DNA of 38,353 nucleotides from Porticoccaceae bacterium. Its GTDB lineage: Bacteria; Pseudomonadota; Gammaproteobacteria; Pseudomonadales; Porticoccaceae. The notes beneath the pieces are model-generated. The model was not told where the DNA came from and did not search any database. It saw nothing but the letters and a program-made list of their open reading frames with translations. The stretch lies in assembly GCA_041571855.1 (NCBI GenBank), contig JBFFTH010000001.1, positions 1-38,353 of the forward strand, read 5' to 3'. The stretch's first letter is position 1. Each line of letters opens with the position of its first letter. A program made the position numbers and the translations under genes. Shown in pieces: positions 1-10,317 of this stretch.

Positions 1-687
1 CAGGCGGTCAATCCCCCTCGCCAGACCGGTATCGACGGGAATGATCGACTGCATGGCTGCGCGGGTTTTACGCAGATCGGTGTGATGATAGGCATCTATC
101 ACCGGCTGGTCATTCATGGCCGAATGGATGGTGGTGATAACGCCATTCTCGACCCCGAAGGCCCGCTGCAGTTCCACGATCACGGGAACCACACAGTTGG
201 TGGAGCAGGAGGCATTGGAGATGATTGTTTCAGCCCCGGTCAGGCACTGGTGATTGACGCCATACACTACAGTGGCATCAACGTCAGCCTCCGCCGGGTT
301 TGAGAAAAGGACTTTTTTTGCCCCGGCGGCAAGGTGCTGTTCGGCCAAGCGCCGGTTGCTCATGCGACCGCTGCACTCCAGCACCAGGTCGATATCCAGG
401 TTGCCCCAGGGAAGGCAGGAAATCTCCCGATCATGGAAAACCCTGATCTCATCGCCATTGATCGTCAGCACATCATTGCTGACCCCTACCTCGCCGGGGA
501 AGCGGCCGTGAGTGGAGTCATATTTGGTGAGATGGGCAATGGTCTTGCAGTCAGCCAGCTCATTAATGGCGACTATTTTCAGCCGCTCTTTACCACCCGC
601 CTCATAGAGCGCACGCAGCACCGAGCGACCGATGCGCCCGTAGCCGTTGATCGCTACCCGAACCGGTTCCTCGCCTGGCTCTAGCAC
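1..687 (-). CDS. epd: erythrose-4-phosphate dehydrogenase (GAPDH family); C-terminal part cut off by window edge
   Basis: Absent from the ORF track because it runs off the window. My reverse-strand translation reads (M)[68 protein letters not shown]. This parallels E. coli Epd motifs ([44 protein letters not shown]). It lies directly downstream of tkt. The GTG start at 687 (TTG 699 is the alternative) is a guess. Confidence 0.85.
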   Translation of the reverse strand, partial: MLEPGEEPVRVAINGYGRIGRSVLRALYEAGGKERLKIVAINELADCKTIAHLTKYDSTHGRFPGEVGVSNDVLTINGDEIRVFHDREISCLPWGNLDIDLVLECSGRMSNRRLAEQHLAAGAKKVLFSNPAEADVDATVVYGVNHQCLTGAETIISNASCSTNCVVPVIVELQRAFGVENGVITTIHSAMNDQPVIDAYHHTDLRKTRAAMQSIIPVDTGLARGIDRL

Positions 688-704
688 TATCTGTTTCAAC
701 CGCG

Positions 705-2714
705 TTAAAGCTGGGCTTTTACCGCTGAGACCACATTTTCAACGGTAAAGCCGAAGTGCATCATCAACTCGCCGCCCGGGGCCGATGCACCGAAACTGGT
801 CATGCCGATGACGCGCCCGTCGAGGCCGACATACTTGTACCAGTAATCCGCATGGGCGGCTTCGACGGCAACGCGGGCGCGAACAGTGCTTGGCAGAACC
901 GATTCACGATAAGCCGGCTCCTGTGCCGCGAAGATTTCAGCACAGGGCATGGAAACCACCTGTACCTCTATACCTTCTTCCGCGAGTTCGCAGGCGGCAG
1001 TCATTGCCAACTCGACTTCTGAACCGGTAGCAATCAGCAGCGCCTGGGGGTTATCACAGCCTCTCAGCACATAGCCACCGCGGGCAATATTGGCCAGCTG
1101 CTGCTCTGAGCGGGGCTGGGCAGCGAGCCCCTGGCGACTGAATACCAGCGCACTGGGGCCGGTTCTGTGCTCAATGGCGTGCTTCCAGCAAACGGCCGAT
1201 TCGATGTCGTCACAGGGCCGCCAGGTATTGAGGTTTGGCGTTGAGCGCAGGGCTGTCAGCTGTTCTACCGGCTGGTGGGTTGGCCCGTCCTCACCCAGAC
1301 CGATAGAGTCATGGGTGTAGACAAAAATACTCTGTTGTCCCATCAATGCAGCCATGCGAACGGCATTGCGAGCGTATTCCATAAATACCAGAAAGGTGGC
1401 GCCATAGTTGATAAAGCCGCCGTGAAGTGCAATGCCATTCATTATGGCGCTCATACCGAATTCGCGCACGCCGTAGTAAATGTAATTGCCGCTGGCATCA
1501 TCAGCGGAAACACCCTTGCTGCCGGACCAGAGGGTTAAATTTGAGGCCGCGAGATCGGCAGAGCCGCCAATCAGTTCAGGCAGTAGCGGGCCATAGGCAT
1601 TGAGGCAGTTCTGCGATGATTTGCGGCTGGCAACTTTCTCCATCGCCTGCTGCCTTTCGCGGATGTACTGGTCAGCCTTGGCGCTGAAATCTTTTGGCAG
1701 TTCGGCGTTCATCCTGCGCTCAAACTCTGTCGCAAGTTCCGGCTCGGCTCTGCGATAGGCTGCAAATTTTTTCGCCCAGCCCGCTTGTGCGGCCGCGCCT
1801 TTTTCGCGGGCATTCCAGTCGGCACGAATATCTTCGGGGACCTGAAACGGAGGGTGATTCCAACCCAGCTTATCGCGGGTCAGCTGCACTTCCTCAACCC
1901 CCAGCGGCGCACCGTGGCAGTCCTCCTTGCCCTGCTTGTTGGGCGAGCCGAAACCGATGATGGTCTTGCAGCAGATCAGTGTCGGCTTTTCCGTTTCCAG
2001 CCGCGCCACTTCAATCGCCGCCTTGATCGAATCCGGGTCGTGACCATCAACCCCGGGCAGCACCTGCCAGCCATAGGCCTCAAAGCGCTTGGGCGTGTTG
2101 TCGGTAAACCAGGCCGGATCATGATCATTACCGGCGACATCACCATCAATGGAAATACCGTTGTCGTCATAGAAAGCGATCAGTTTGCCCAACTTTAAAG
2201 TGCCCGCCAGCGAACAGGTTTCATGGGAAATCCCCTCCATCAGGCAGCCATCGCCAAGAAAGACATAGGTGTAATGGTCGACAATCTCGTGCCCGGCACG
2301 GTTGAACTGGCCGGCGAGCACTTTCTCCGCCAGGGCCATCCCGACAGCATTGGAAAGGCCCTGGCCCAGTGGGCCGGTCGTGGTTTCCACGCCGGGTGCA
2401 TGACCATACTCGGGGTGACCGGCAGTTTTGGAATTCAGTTGGCGGAAGTTCTTGATCTCCTCTATCGGCAGATCATAACCGGTCAGGTGCAGCAGGGAAT
2501 AAAGCAAAAGGGAACCGTGGCCGTTGGAGAGCACAAAGCGATCACGATTGGGCCAATCAGGGTCAGCGGGGTTGTGCTGCAGGTAATCGTTCCAGAGGAC
2601 TTCGGCTATATCGGCCATGCCCATGGGGGCGCCGGGGTGGCCGCTGTTGGCCTGCTGAACGGCATCCATGCTGAGGGCTCGAATCGCATTGGCGAGGTCG
2701 CGTCTTGACGGCAT
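705..2714 (-). CDS. tkt: transketolase
   Basis: The 688-aa ORF carries transketolase motifs ([39 protein letters not shown], full-length similarity to TktA). I prefer the ATG at 2714 ([15 protein letters not shown]), which is preceded by an AGGAG-like RBS. The ORF-track start at 2771 adds 19 non-conserved residues. Confidence 0.95.
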   Translation of the reverse strand: MPSRRDLANAIRALSMDAVQQANSGHPGAPMGMADIAEVLWNDYLQHNPADPDWPNRDRFVLSNGHGSLLLYSLLHLTGYDLPIEEIKNFRQLNSKTAGHPEYGHAPGVETTTGPLGQGLSNAVGMALAEKVLAGQFNRAGHEIVDHYTYVFLGDGCLMEGISHETCSLAGTLKLGKLIAFYDDNGISIDGDVAGNDHDPAWFTDNTPKRFEAYGWQVLPGVDGHDPDSIKAAIEVARLETEKPTLICCKTIIGFGSPNKQGKEDCHGAPLGVEEVQLTRDKLGWNHPPFQVPEDIRADWNAREKGAAAQAGWAKKFAAYRRAEPELATEFERRMNAELPKDFSAKADQYIRERQQAMEKVASRKSSQNCLNAYGPLLPELIGGSADLAASNLTLWSGSKGVSADDASGNYIYYGVREFGMSAIMNGIALHGGFINYGATFLVFMEYARNAVRMAALMGQQSIFVYTHDSIGLGEDGPTHQPVEQLTALRSTPNLNTWRPCDDIESAVCWKHAIEHRTGPSALVFSRQGLAAQPRSEQQLANIARGGYVLRGCDNPQALLIATGSEVELAMTAACELAEEGIEVQVVSMPCAEIFAAQEPAYRESVLPSTVRARVAVEAAHADYWYKYVGLDGRVIGMTSFGASAPGGELMMHFGFTVENVVSAVKAQL

Positions 2715-2984
2715 CGGGGGGAAACTCCTGCTGTTTGAGTCGGATCGGGCTGCCTCGTCCAGGGCACCCATGGTGAACGGGCGCTATTTTCCCCTACTCC
2801 TGCAGGCCAGTAAACCGTTGCCGGCCATTTTGAAGAAATTTTAATCAACGGCGAGGGCCATGTGAAACTTGCCCTACTGGGCGACTGGCTGGGGATACTT
2901 CAGGTCGCAAGGGGATAATGCCAGCTCGGGACAGGGATTTTGCCGCCTTTGCAAAAGCCAGGCCTCGCCCCCGCCTTGCCCGAA

Positions 2985-3908
2985 CTACCAGTCGTAGCCC
3001 AGCAATACCCGAAACTCGTGATCGGCGCGCTTCTCCCCGCCCTCGACTCTGTTGATGAAGTCATAATCGTAGCGCAACTCACTGTAAACCCCGCCTAAAA
3101 GCGGGATTTTCATGCCAGTACTGCTGTCCAGCAGGGAATCATTAATATCGCGCAGCGACCACAGAATTTCGTGGTCATGGAACAGCGAGAACCCACTGCC
3201 AAACGGCCAATCCAGCCTCAGTGCCCAGCGACCGGCTGGACCCTTCTCTGTTTTTCCGTCTTGCTTGCGGACCACCAGATAGGAGATACCCGTCTGGGCG
3301 TCAATTTTCAGCTGATTGCTGAAGTCCTTGCGGTAACCAATACCCAGTCCCACATGCTGCTGCTCTTCATTAGCGCCGAAGAGATCTTTCTCGTACCCGG
3401 CCTTGCCATAGGTAAACCAGCGATCATCAAACATGTAATTGAGTTGATAGTCGGCTTTGTAGCGCTCTTCAATGGTCAACCCATCCGTCTTTTCTGATTC
3501 GGCCTCAATCGCCAGATCATGCCGGTAGAGCCCCAGCTGCCACTGTGCATCAATCTCGGCGTAAGCTTCCTCAGAATCAGTGTTACCCCGTTTGCGGTTG
3601 TAGCTCAACTGGCTACTACCCGAAAGAGAAGATGGCTCGGACAAACCGGCTGCCTCTGCTTCCGGCGCAGGTTGCGGTGCCGCTTCCGCCACCTGATCGA
3701 TGACTATCTGCTGCACATTGTCCCGCTGAACCGTAATCACACCGAACAGCTCTGACATCCAGGTAATTGTTGTTTCGCTTTCAGCCTCCAGCTCACCGTG
3801 GATGATATCGCCGTTAGTAAGCACCAACTCAGCACCCAAAACAGCACTGGCTGAAGACATCGTCAGGAAAAAGAGCGAACAGCGTTTGATTTTATCCGTA
3901 ATTTTCAT
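2985..3908 (-). CDS. DUF481 (YdiY-like) outer-membrane beta-barrel protein
   Basis: N-terminal signal peptide (MKITDKIKRCSLFFLTMSSASAVLGA). Alternating amphipathic beta-strand pattern. C-terminal aromatic end ..RVLLGYDW. The internal region (YKADYQLNYMFDDRWFTYGKAGYEKD) resembles the DUF481 family from memory. Confidence 0.7.
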   Translation of the reverse strand: MKITDKIKRCSLFFLTMSSASAVLGAELVLTNGDIIHGELEAESETTITWMSELFGVITVQRDNVQQIVIDQVAEAAPQPAPEAEAAGLSEPSSLSGSSQLSYNRKRGNTDSEEAYAEIDAQWQLGLYRHDLAIEAESEKTDGLTIEERYKADYQLNYMFDDRWFTYGKAGYEKDLFGANEEQQHVGLGIGYRKDFSNQLKIDAQTGISYLVVRKQDGKTEKGPAGRWALRLDWPFGSGFSLFHDHEILWSLRDINDSLLDSSTGMKIPLLGGVYSELRYDYDFINRVEGGEKRADHEFRVLLGYDW

Positions 3909-4023
3909 GGCACCACCTGTTTCATGGCTTGAACCCTATAAAAAAAACCCCCGGATGAAAAGCAGTTTTGCAGGGTTTGCAAACAGCAGCCGGCTTCCAG
4001 TTCAGCCTTGCCATCGCCAAATC

Positions 4024-4045
4024 TATATCAAAAAATATTGATATA
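4024..4045 (+). promoter_or_regulatory. perfect 8-6-8 inverted repeat TATATCAA-AAAATA-TTGATATA; candidate ArsR/SahR-type operator
   Basis: Read directly from the sequence. The arms at 4024-4031 and 4038-4045 are exact reverse complements. The site lies 12 nt upstream of the ATG of the ArsR-family regulator gene. Confidence 0.55.
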
Positions 4046-4056
4046 CAACTGAAGTC

Positions 4057-5076
4057 ATGGTAGTTTTCCTAGGCATGAATGCACCCGCTAAAGACATTGA
4101 CGCCCCCTCTCCGGCCGAGCAGCGACTGGCGTTGGCCGCATTCTACAAAGCTGCAGGTGACGCATTGCGACTGTCGATACTGCGGCTCCTGCAGAAGAAC
4201 GACTACGGCGTGAAAGAGCTGTGCAAGCTGCTCGACGTCAAACAGCCCAGCATGAGCCACCACCTGAAAGTGCTGGCCAATGCCGGTCTGGTGGTCACCC
4301 GCAGAGACGGCAACTCCATCTACTACCGCAGGGCGCCGGTCAATGAGACCAGGGGAGAGCGTGAAACTCTGCGCAGCAGCCTTTTTTCTGCCCTGGATGC
4401 GCTGCCCATCGAGCCGGAAATCCTGCAGCGCACAGACATTGTTCACGATGAGCGCAGCCGGGCGTCGCGGGAGTTTTTCCAGCAGAATGCTGACCGCTTC
4501 CAGAGCAATCAGGACCTGATCGCCAGTTATGTCGAGTACGGAGAGAGTATTACCAATTTCCTCGATGCGGCTGACACCCATAAATGGGCCGCGCTGGAAG
4601 TGGGTTCCGGGGAGGGGGACTTCCTGGCCGAACTGTCACCCCGCTACAAGCAGGTAACTGCGCTGGACAACTCGCTCGAAATGCTGAAACGGGCGCAAAA
4701 GTTTGCTGAGAACTGTCAACTCGAAAATATCCGCTTTATTCACGGCGACACCCGGGCTGACGAACTGAAAGGACAGCGTTTTGACTGCATAACTGTCAAT
4801 ATGGTGCTGCATCACACACCCCACCCGGCACAGATTTTTTCTGACCTCGGCCAGCTGTTGACACCCGGTGGATCAATGCTAGTCACTGATCTTTGCCAGC
4901 ACGACCAGGACTGGGCGAGGGAGTCCTGTGGTGACCTGTGGCTGGGGTTCGATCCACAGGACCTCTCCCGCTGGGCGGCTGACGCCGGGCTCAGGGAAGG
5001 TCAGAGCCTATATTTAACCCAGCGCAACGGTTTTCAGCTCCAGCTGCGCCAATTCACCAAACCGATAAAGAAATAG
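4057..5076 (+). CDS. sahR: ArsR-family winged-helix regulator fused to a SAM-dependent methyltransferase-like domain (SahR-type regulator of the SAM cycle)
   Basis: N-terminal ArsR/SmtB HTH ([43 protein letters not shown]). C-terminal class I methyltransferase fold ([19 protein letters not shown]). It sits directly upstream of metK-ahcY-metF, as described for SahR. An alternative start is the ATG at 4075 (MNAPAK..). Confidence 0.8.
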   Translation: MVVFLGMNAPAKDIDAPSPAEQRLALAAFYKAAGDALRLSILRLLQKNDYGVKELCKLLDVKQPSMSHHLKVLANAGLVVTRRDGNSIYYRRAPVNETRGERETLRSSLFSALDALPIEPEILQRTDIVHDERSRASREFFQQNADRFQSNQDLIASYVEYGESITNFLDAADTHKWAALEVGSGEGDFLAELSPRYKQVTALDNSLEMLKRAQKFAENCQLENIRFIHGDTRADELKGQRFDCITVNMVLHHTPHPAQIFSDLGQLLTPGGSMLVTDLCQHDQDWARESCGDLWLGFDPQDLSRWAADAGLREGQSLYLTQRNGFQLQLRQFTKPIKK

Positions 5077-5089
5077 AGAGGCCTCCGCC

Positions 5090-6244
5090 ATGTCAGAATA
5101 CAACTTGTTCACTTCAGAGTCCGTATCCGAAGGGCATCCCGACAAGATGGCCGATCAGATATCCGATGCGGTCCTGGATGCGATGCTGGCCAAAGACCCG
5201 AACAGCCGGGTCGCCGTTGAAACCATGGTGAAAACCGGCATGGTCATAATCGCCGGCGAAGTCCGTACCAGCACTTATGTCGACCTCGAAGATATCGTGC
5301 GCGAAGTTATCCTGGATATCGGTTACGACAATTCCGATGTCGGCTTTGACGGTGCATCCTGCGCCGTTCTGAATGCCATCGGCAAACAGTCCCTCGACAT
5401 AGCGATGGGCGTCGACGAGAGCGAGAACAAGGAATTGGGTGCCGGCGACCAGGGCCTGATGTTTGGCTATGCCACCAACGAAACCGATGTTTTGATGCCT
5501 GCGCCTATCTACTATGCCCACAGGCTGATGGAGCGCCAGGCCCACCTTCGCAAAAAAAAGGTGCTGTCCTGGCTGCGACCCGATGCCAAGAGCCAGGTAA
5601 CCCTGCGCTATGAAAACGATGCGCCGGTTGCTGTCGATGCAGTTGTGGTATCTACCCAACACTCACCGGATATTTCGCTGGCCGACCTCCAGGAAGCCGT
5701 GCGCGAGGAAATTATCCGCCCGGTTCTGCCCGAGGAGTGGCTTCACAATGACACCAAATACCACATCAACCCCACTGGCCAGTTTGTTATCGGCGGCCCG
5801 ATGGGCGACTGTGGCCTGACGGGGCGCAAGATCATAGTCGACTCCTACGGCGGCATGGCCCACCACGGCGGCGGCGCTTTTTCCGGCAAGGATCCTTCCA
5901 AAGTGGATCGCTCAGCGGCCTACGCCTGCCGCTATGTAGCAAAAAACATCGTCGCAGCCGGGCTGGCCGATCGCTGCGAAATCCAGGTTTCCTATGCCAT
6001 CGGCGTCGCCGAGCCGACCTCAATCAGTATCAACACCTACGGCACCGGCAAACTGGGCGATGAAGAAATCATCGCCCTAGTCAAGGAACACTTCGATCTG
6101 CGCCCCCGCGGCATTATCGAGATGCTCGACCTGAAACGGCCCATCTACCGCCAGACAGCATCCTATGGGCACTTTGGCCGCGAAGGGGGTGATTTTAGCT
6201 GGGAAAGCACCGACAAGGCTGAACTATTGAAAGCCGCACTTTAA
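5090..6244 (+). CDS. metK: S-adenosylmethionine synthetase
   Basis: 384 aa with MetK motifs: [39 protein letters not shown]. Confidence 0.97.
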   Translation: MSEYNLFTSESVSEGHPDKMADQISDAVLDAMLAKDPNSRVAVETMVKTGMVIIAGEVRTSTYVDLEDIVREVILDIGYDNSDVGFDGASCAVLNAIGKQSLDIAMGVDESENKELGAGDQGLMFGYATNETDVLMPAPIYYAHRLMERQAHLRKKKVLSWLRPDAKSQVTLRYENDAPVAVDAVVVSTQHSPDISLADLQEAVREEIIRPVLPEEWLHNDTKYHINPTGQFVIGGPMGDCGLTGRKIIVDSYGGMAHHGGGAFSGKDPSKVDRSAAYACRYVAKNIVAAGLADRCEIQVSYAIGVAEPTSISINTYGTGKLGDEEIIALVKEHFDLRPRGIIEMLDLKRPIYRQTASYGHFGREGGDFSWESTDKAELLKAAL

Positions 6245-6265
6245 GCCTCATCCAGGAGACAGATT

Positions 6266-7651
6266 ATGAAATTACAAACAGCTGAAGAAAACCAAGCCAC
6301 CGACTACAAGGTGGCCGACATCAACCTCGCCGAGTGGGGTCGCAACGAAATTGCCATTGCCGAAACTGAAATGCCTGCGCTGATGGCGCTGCGCGAAAAA
6401 TATCGCGAAGAACAGCCACTCGCCGGTGCCAGGATTCTCGGCTGCATCCACATGACGATCCAGACCGCGGTGCTGATCCAGACCCTCGAAGCCCTCGGTG
6501 CCCAGGTGCGCTGGACTTCCTGCAACATCTTTTCCACCCAGGATCACGCCGCAGCAGCCATCGCCGCCAACGGCACACCCGTATATGCCTGGAAAGGAGA
6601 AACCGAGGAAGAGTACGACTGGTGCTTGGAGCAGCAGATACTGAAAGACGGCGAACCCTGGGATGCCAATATGGTGCTGGACGATGGCGGTGACCTGACC
6701 GCGATGCTGCACGAAAAATACCCGCAGGTACTGGACGGGGTACATGGTATCACCGAGGAAACCACCACTGGCGTTCACCGCCTCTACGAAATGCTGGCCA
6801 AAGGCGAGCTGAGAGTGCCTGCGGTCAACGTCAATGACTCGGTTACAAAATCCAAAAATGACAACAAGTACGGCTGCCGCCACAGCCTCAACGACGCCGT
6901 CAAACGTGCCACCGACCACCTGCTGTCGGGCAAGAAAGCACTGGTTATCGGTTATGGTGATGTCGGCAAGGGCTCGGCCCAGTCACTGCGACAGGAAGGC
7001 ATGATCGTACGTGTCACCGAGATCGACCCCATCTGTGCCATGCAGGCCTGCATGGACGGCTTTGAAGTGGTGTCCTGCTACGTCAATGGCGACCCAACTG
7101 TCGGCGTCAATGAAGACCTGCTGGCGACCACCGACCTGCTGGTCACCTGCACCGGCAACTTGAACGTCTGCGGTGGCGATGTGCTGAAGGCGTTAAAACC
7201 GGGGGCTATCGTCTGCAATATCGGGCATTTCGACAACGAAATTGATACCGCTTTCATGCGCGCCAACTGGAACTGGCAGGAAGTCAAACCACAGGTGCAC
7301 AAGGTATACCGCAGCAATCACGAGCAGGATTACCTGCTGTTGTTGTCAGAGGGCAGGCTGGTCAACCTGGGCAACGCCACCGGCCATCCCAGCCGGATTA
7401 TGGACGGCTCTTTTGCCAACCAGGTCCTGGCCCAGATGTATCTGTTCAAGCAGGGATTTGCCGACAAACCCGAGACAGAGAAAAAGGCATTGTTGAAAGT
7501 TGAAGTGCTGCCGAAGCACCTCGACGAGGAAGTCGCCGCGCAGATGGTCGTCGGTTTTGGTGGCGTCATCACCAGGCTGACCCAGGAGCAGGCCGACTAT
7601 ATCAATGTACCCGTACAAGGACCGTTCAAAACGGACAGCTACCGTTACTGA
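6266..7651 (+). CDS. ahcY: adenosylhomocysteinase
   Basis: 461 aa. [14 protein letters not shown] start, [31 protein letters not shown] site, C-terminal ..PFKTDSYRY. Confidence 0.97.
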   Translation: MKLQTAEENQATDYKVADINLAEWGRNEIAIAETEMPALMALREKYREEQPLAGARILGCIHMTIQTAVLIQTLEALGAQVRWTSCNIFSTQDHAAAAIAANGTPVYAWKGETEEEYDWCLEQQILKDGEPWDANMVLDDGGDLTAMLHEKYPQVLDGVHGITEETTTGVHRLYEMLAKGELRVPAVNVNDSVTKSKNDNKYGCRHSLNDAVKRATDHLLSGKKALVIGYGDVGKGSAQSLRQEGMIVRVTEIDPICAMQACMDGFEVVSCYVNGDPTVGVNEDLLATTDLLVTCTGNLNVCGGDVLKALKPGAIVCNIGHFDNEIDTAFMRANWNWQEVKPQVHKVYRSNHEQDYLLLLSEGRLVNLGNATGHPSRIMDGSFANQVLAQMYLFKQGFADKPETEKKALLKVEVLPKHLDEEVAAQMVVGFGGVITRLTQEQADYINVPVQGPFKTDSYRY

Positions 7652-7774
7652 TTCACCTGGCATTGACCTGCGCAACAAGGCAGCCCTGACGGCGTAACAG
7701 AAGATGCGTTTCTCCGGGCCCGCCTTGTGCCAGCGGCAAGGACACCCTGTAATCAACAAACAGCCTTTCTAGAC

Positions 7775-8617
7775 ATGACAAAAGACATCCATCTCAGCTT
7801 TGAGTTCTTTCCGCCGCAAACCGATGCGGGCCGCGAAAAGCTGCGCCAGACCCAGCGGAAACTGGCAAAATTCAGCCCGGAATTCTTCTCCGTGACCTAC
7901 GGCGCCGGTGGCTCCACTCGCGAATTTACTCGCGATATCGTGCTGGAAATTCAGCAGGCCGGCGCTGAGGCAGCACCACACCTGTCATTTGGCAATGCCA
8001 GCGAGGCAACCATGCTGGCGCTGCTCAATGACTACAAAACGGCTGGCATCAACAAGCTCGTCACCCTGAGGGGCGATCGCCCCTCAGGTGTGGGCGGCGG
8101 CACCCGGATGGTCTACGCCAACGAGTTGGTTGGGTTTATTCGCCAGCATTTTGGTGACCAGTTTGAAATGCTGGTCGCGGCTTATCCGGAAATCCACCCG
8201 GAGGCGGAGAGTTACGACAGGGACATTTACTGGCTGGGCCGCAAGTTTGAGGCCGGTGCCAGCAGGGCAATCACCCAGTATTTCTATAACCCCGATGCCT
8301 ACTTCTTCTATGTGGAGCAGTGTCAGAAAGCAGGCGTCACCCAGCCGATTATTCCGGGCATAATGCCAATTATTAACTATCAGAACCTGGTGCGTTTCTC
8401 CGATAACTGCGGTGCAGACTTCCCGCGCTGGATTCGACAGAGACTCGAGCAGTTTGGTGACGATATGCAAAGTATCCGTAGATTTGGAGAAGAAGTTGTC
8501 ACTTCCCTTTGTGAAAAACTGCTGGCCGGCGGTGCACCCGGGCTGCACTTCTACACCATGAACCAGGCAGAAGTAAATGCCGCGCTGTGCCGCAACCTGG
8601 GCTTTAGTGAAAACTGA
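7775..8617 (+). CDS. metF: 5,10-methylenetetrahydrofolate reductase
   Basis: MTKDIHLSFEFFPP.., TYGAGGST, typical MetF length from the ATG at 7775. The ORF-track start at 7727 adds 16 non-conserved residues. Confidence 0.93.
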   Translation: MTKDIHLSFEFFPPQTDAGREKLRQTQRKLAKFSPEFFSVTYGAGGSTREFTRDIVLEIQQAGAEAAPHLSFGNASEATMLALLNDYKTAGINKLVTLRGDRPSGVGGGTRMVYANELVGFIRQHFGDQFEMLVAAYPEIHPEAESYDRDIYWLGRKFEAGASRAITQYFYNPDAYFFYVEQCQKAGVTQPIIPGIMPIINYQNLVRFSDNCGADFPRWIRQRLEQFGDDMQSIRRFGEEVVTSLCEKLLAGGAPGLHFYTMNQAEVNAALCRNLGFSEN

Positions 8618-8746
8618 TCATTTTCGAGGACTATTTGGGTCGGGATTATGGCCGCGCGCCACATTATTCTGTGGCGTTTCTGGTATAAAAGCCTTGCCCC
8701 CTAGGCATGCCCCCTCTCCTTGCCTGGACTGCCCTGTTTTAGCAGA

Positions 8747-8780
8747 CACAAAAAAAGGCAGGTCATATCGACCTGCCTTT
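8747..8780 (-). terminator. rho-independent terminator for csp; may also stop metF transcription
   Basis: The 11-bp perfect stem AAAGGCAGGTC (8754-8764) pairs with GACCTGCCTTT (8770-8780) around a 5-nt loop. On the minus strand it is followed by a U-run (A-run 8750-8756 on the plus strand). It lies between the convergent metF and csp genes. Confidence 0.8.
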
Positions 8781-8801
8781 CCCGGTGACTATTGAACGCT
8801 A

Positions 8802-9011
8802 TTAGAGAGCGACAATATTCTCCGCTTGTGGGCCTTTTTGGCCTTGATTTATGGTGAACTGAACTTGTTGTCCTTCAGTCAGGGTTTTGAACCCAGAGCT
8901 CGCGATTGCGCTAAAGTGGGCGAAGACGTCCGGCCCGGACTTTTGCTCAATAAAACCAAAACCCTTTGACTCGTTAAACCATTTTACGGTGCCAGTAGTT
9001 ACATTAGACAT
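8802..9011 (-). CDS. cspA: CspA-family cold-shock protein
   Basis: 69 aa. RNP1 KGFGFI and RNP2 VFAHFS motifs. [15 protein letters not shown]. Confidence 0.95.
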   Translation of the reverse strand: MSNVTTGTVKWFNESKGFGFIEQKSGPDVFAHFSAIASSGFKTLTEGQQVQFTINQGQKGPQAENIVAL

Positions 9012-9165
9012 AACAGAATATCCTGTAGATAAAGTATAAAAAAAGCCTGCGTGAGGCGTGTATAGCGGGAAGAACAGACAACAATTTAAAGACTACAGTA
9101 CGAAGAACTACGAAAAGGCAACGAAATGGAGAATAAAAAAAGATGCTTACTTTCTAGCTGCGTGC

Positions 9166-9194
9166 ACAGTACAGGCAGTAAGGGCTTGTGTCAA
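9166..9194 (-). promoter_or_regulatory. candidate sigma70 promoter of csp (TTGACA-17 nt-TACTGT), implying a ~140-150 nt 5' UTR
   Basis: The minus strand reads TTGACA (9194-9189), a 17-nt spacer, then TACTGT (9171-9166). Long 5' UTRs are typical of cspA-type genes. Confidence 0.45.
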
Positions 9195-9681
9195 CAAGTC
9201 TTTTAGTTCGCCGAGGCAAGATATCCGGTTGCTGCAAAGGCCATATTTCAGAATCAACGGGTTGCGACACGTTGACTCTGACCCTGGGTCACTATGGTGC
9301 CGTCGTTTGAACCGTAATTCTGCCGCACAAAATCAATATCCTTATCACCCCGCTCTGACAGGTGAGGTTGCTGTGGATCAACGGAGGAGGTATCCAGGCC
9401 GCTTGACAGCGAACACAATTGCTGCCGATCACCGGCTCTTTCAGACAGACTTCAAAGGCTGCATCCACAGCCTCTTTAGGGGGCTCTCGGCCATGGCGCT
9501 CTCCTTCCGTGGGTTGGTCACCATGGATGGGAAGTGGCTGCCGACAAGTGATTGGCTGCATGGCGTTGCACGACAAATAGCCGTACGGGGGCTTAGTCAG
9601 CCCCTGGCAGATTGAACAGCTTGTCGCTTTGCGAACCTTTTTTGCCCTGCAGGATTTTTAAACTTCCCACTTCTGGCAACA

Positions 9682-9709
9682 GGCCAAGCCGTCACAGGAC
9701 GGCCTTGCC
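9682..9709 (-). terminator. hairpin downstream of the DUF4332 gene (possible terminator)
   Basis: GGCCAAGCCGTC-ACAG-GACGGCCTTGCC, with 10 of 12 positions pairing. It lies 22 nt past the stop at 9731. There is no clean U-tract, so confidence is low. Confidence 0.3.
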
Positions 9710-9730
9710 GGTGAAAAGCCAGCACCTGCT

Positions 9731-10135
9731 TCAGTAATTAATAGCCCTGGGCAACTGCTTGGCCTGCTTTATCCAGTCTTCGACTTTGGCCAGATTGGGT
9801 AGAGCACGCACCAGTTTTTTCTCCTCGTTAACTGACTTCAGCTTTGCGAGCAAATTTGCCGCATTGCGCTGGGCCAGTTCAGGAATGGTGTCTACACCCG
9901 AGCACTCCAGCAAATCAGCATACTCGCTGCCAATGCCCTTGATCCTCGCCAGGTCTGCTCTGTTAACCCACTTGGAAATCAATTTTGGGCTGAGCTCTGA
10001 CGCTTTTGCCAGCGCTGCCCGACCGACAGGATTTGCACCCTTCTCCAGCAGGCTTTCCACTGACTTAATACCGCAGGCCTTCAGTTTTTCAGCGTAGGCT
10101 GCACCAATACCTTCTATTTCAGACAGTTTTGTCAT
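9731..10135 (-). CDS. DUF4332 domain protein (tandem helix-hairpin-helix-like repeats)
   Basis: MTKLSEIEGIGAAYAEKLKACGI.. and ..IKGIGSEYADLLECSGV.. repeats typical of DUF4332. The ATG at 10135 is preceded by a GGAGG RBS. The ORF-track GTG at 10159 would overlap that RBS. Confidence 0.75.
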   Translation of the reverse strand: MTKLSEIEGIGAAYAEKLKACGIKSVESLLEKGANPVGRAALAKASELSPKLISKWVNRADLARIKGIGSEYADLLECSGVDTIPELAQRNAANLLAKLKSVNEEKKLVRALPNLAKVEDWIKQAKQLPRAINY

Positions 10136-10317
10136 CTTCGCTACCTCCAGGGACTTCACGCATTGATTGATCGACGGTTATTTTTGTCAGCGGACCATCG
10201 ATATGCCAACAAAGATCTTTAAAAAATCTACAAATATGCTTTAGTACCCAAGGTTAGTAGGTAATTGCGGAATATGCTAATCACACGATACAAATAACTA
10301 TCTCCCAGAGAGCACGC

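Noticed and set aside
7652-7774. Looked for an SAH riboswitch upstream of ahcY/metF, and for one upstream of sahR/metK at 3909-4056
   Set aside because: ahcY starts 21 nt after metK, so there is no room for a leader. The 123-nt ahcY-metF spacer has only a weak CAAGGC/GCCTTG stem. It shows none of the conserved SAH-riboswitch strings I remember. Protein-based SahR control is the more likely regulation.
9058-9615. A 185-aa plus-strand ORF in the csp-DUF4332 gap
   Set aside because: It begins inside the csp 5' UTR and promoter. It is rich in Arg and lacks secondary-structure-like periodicity or an RBS. The interval is kept only as an unexplained region in the findings.
10201-10278. Repeated AATATGCT (10233-10240, 10271-10278) and ATATGC (10201-10206) in the DUF4332/DUF853 divergent promoter region
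   Set aside because: A short 8-mer repeated once in an AT-rich ~180-bp spacer is plausibly chance. There is no dyad symmetry.
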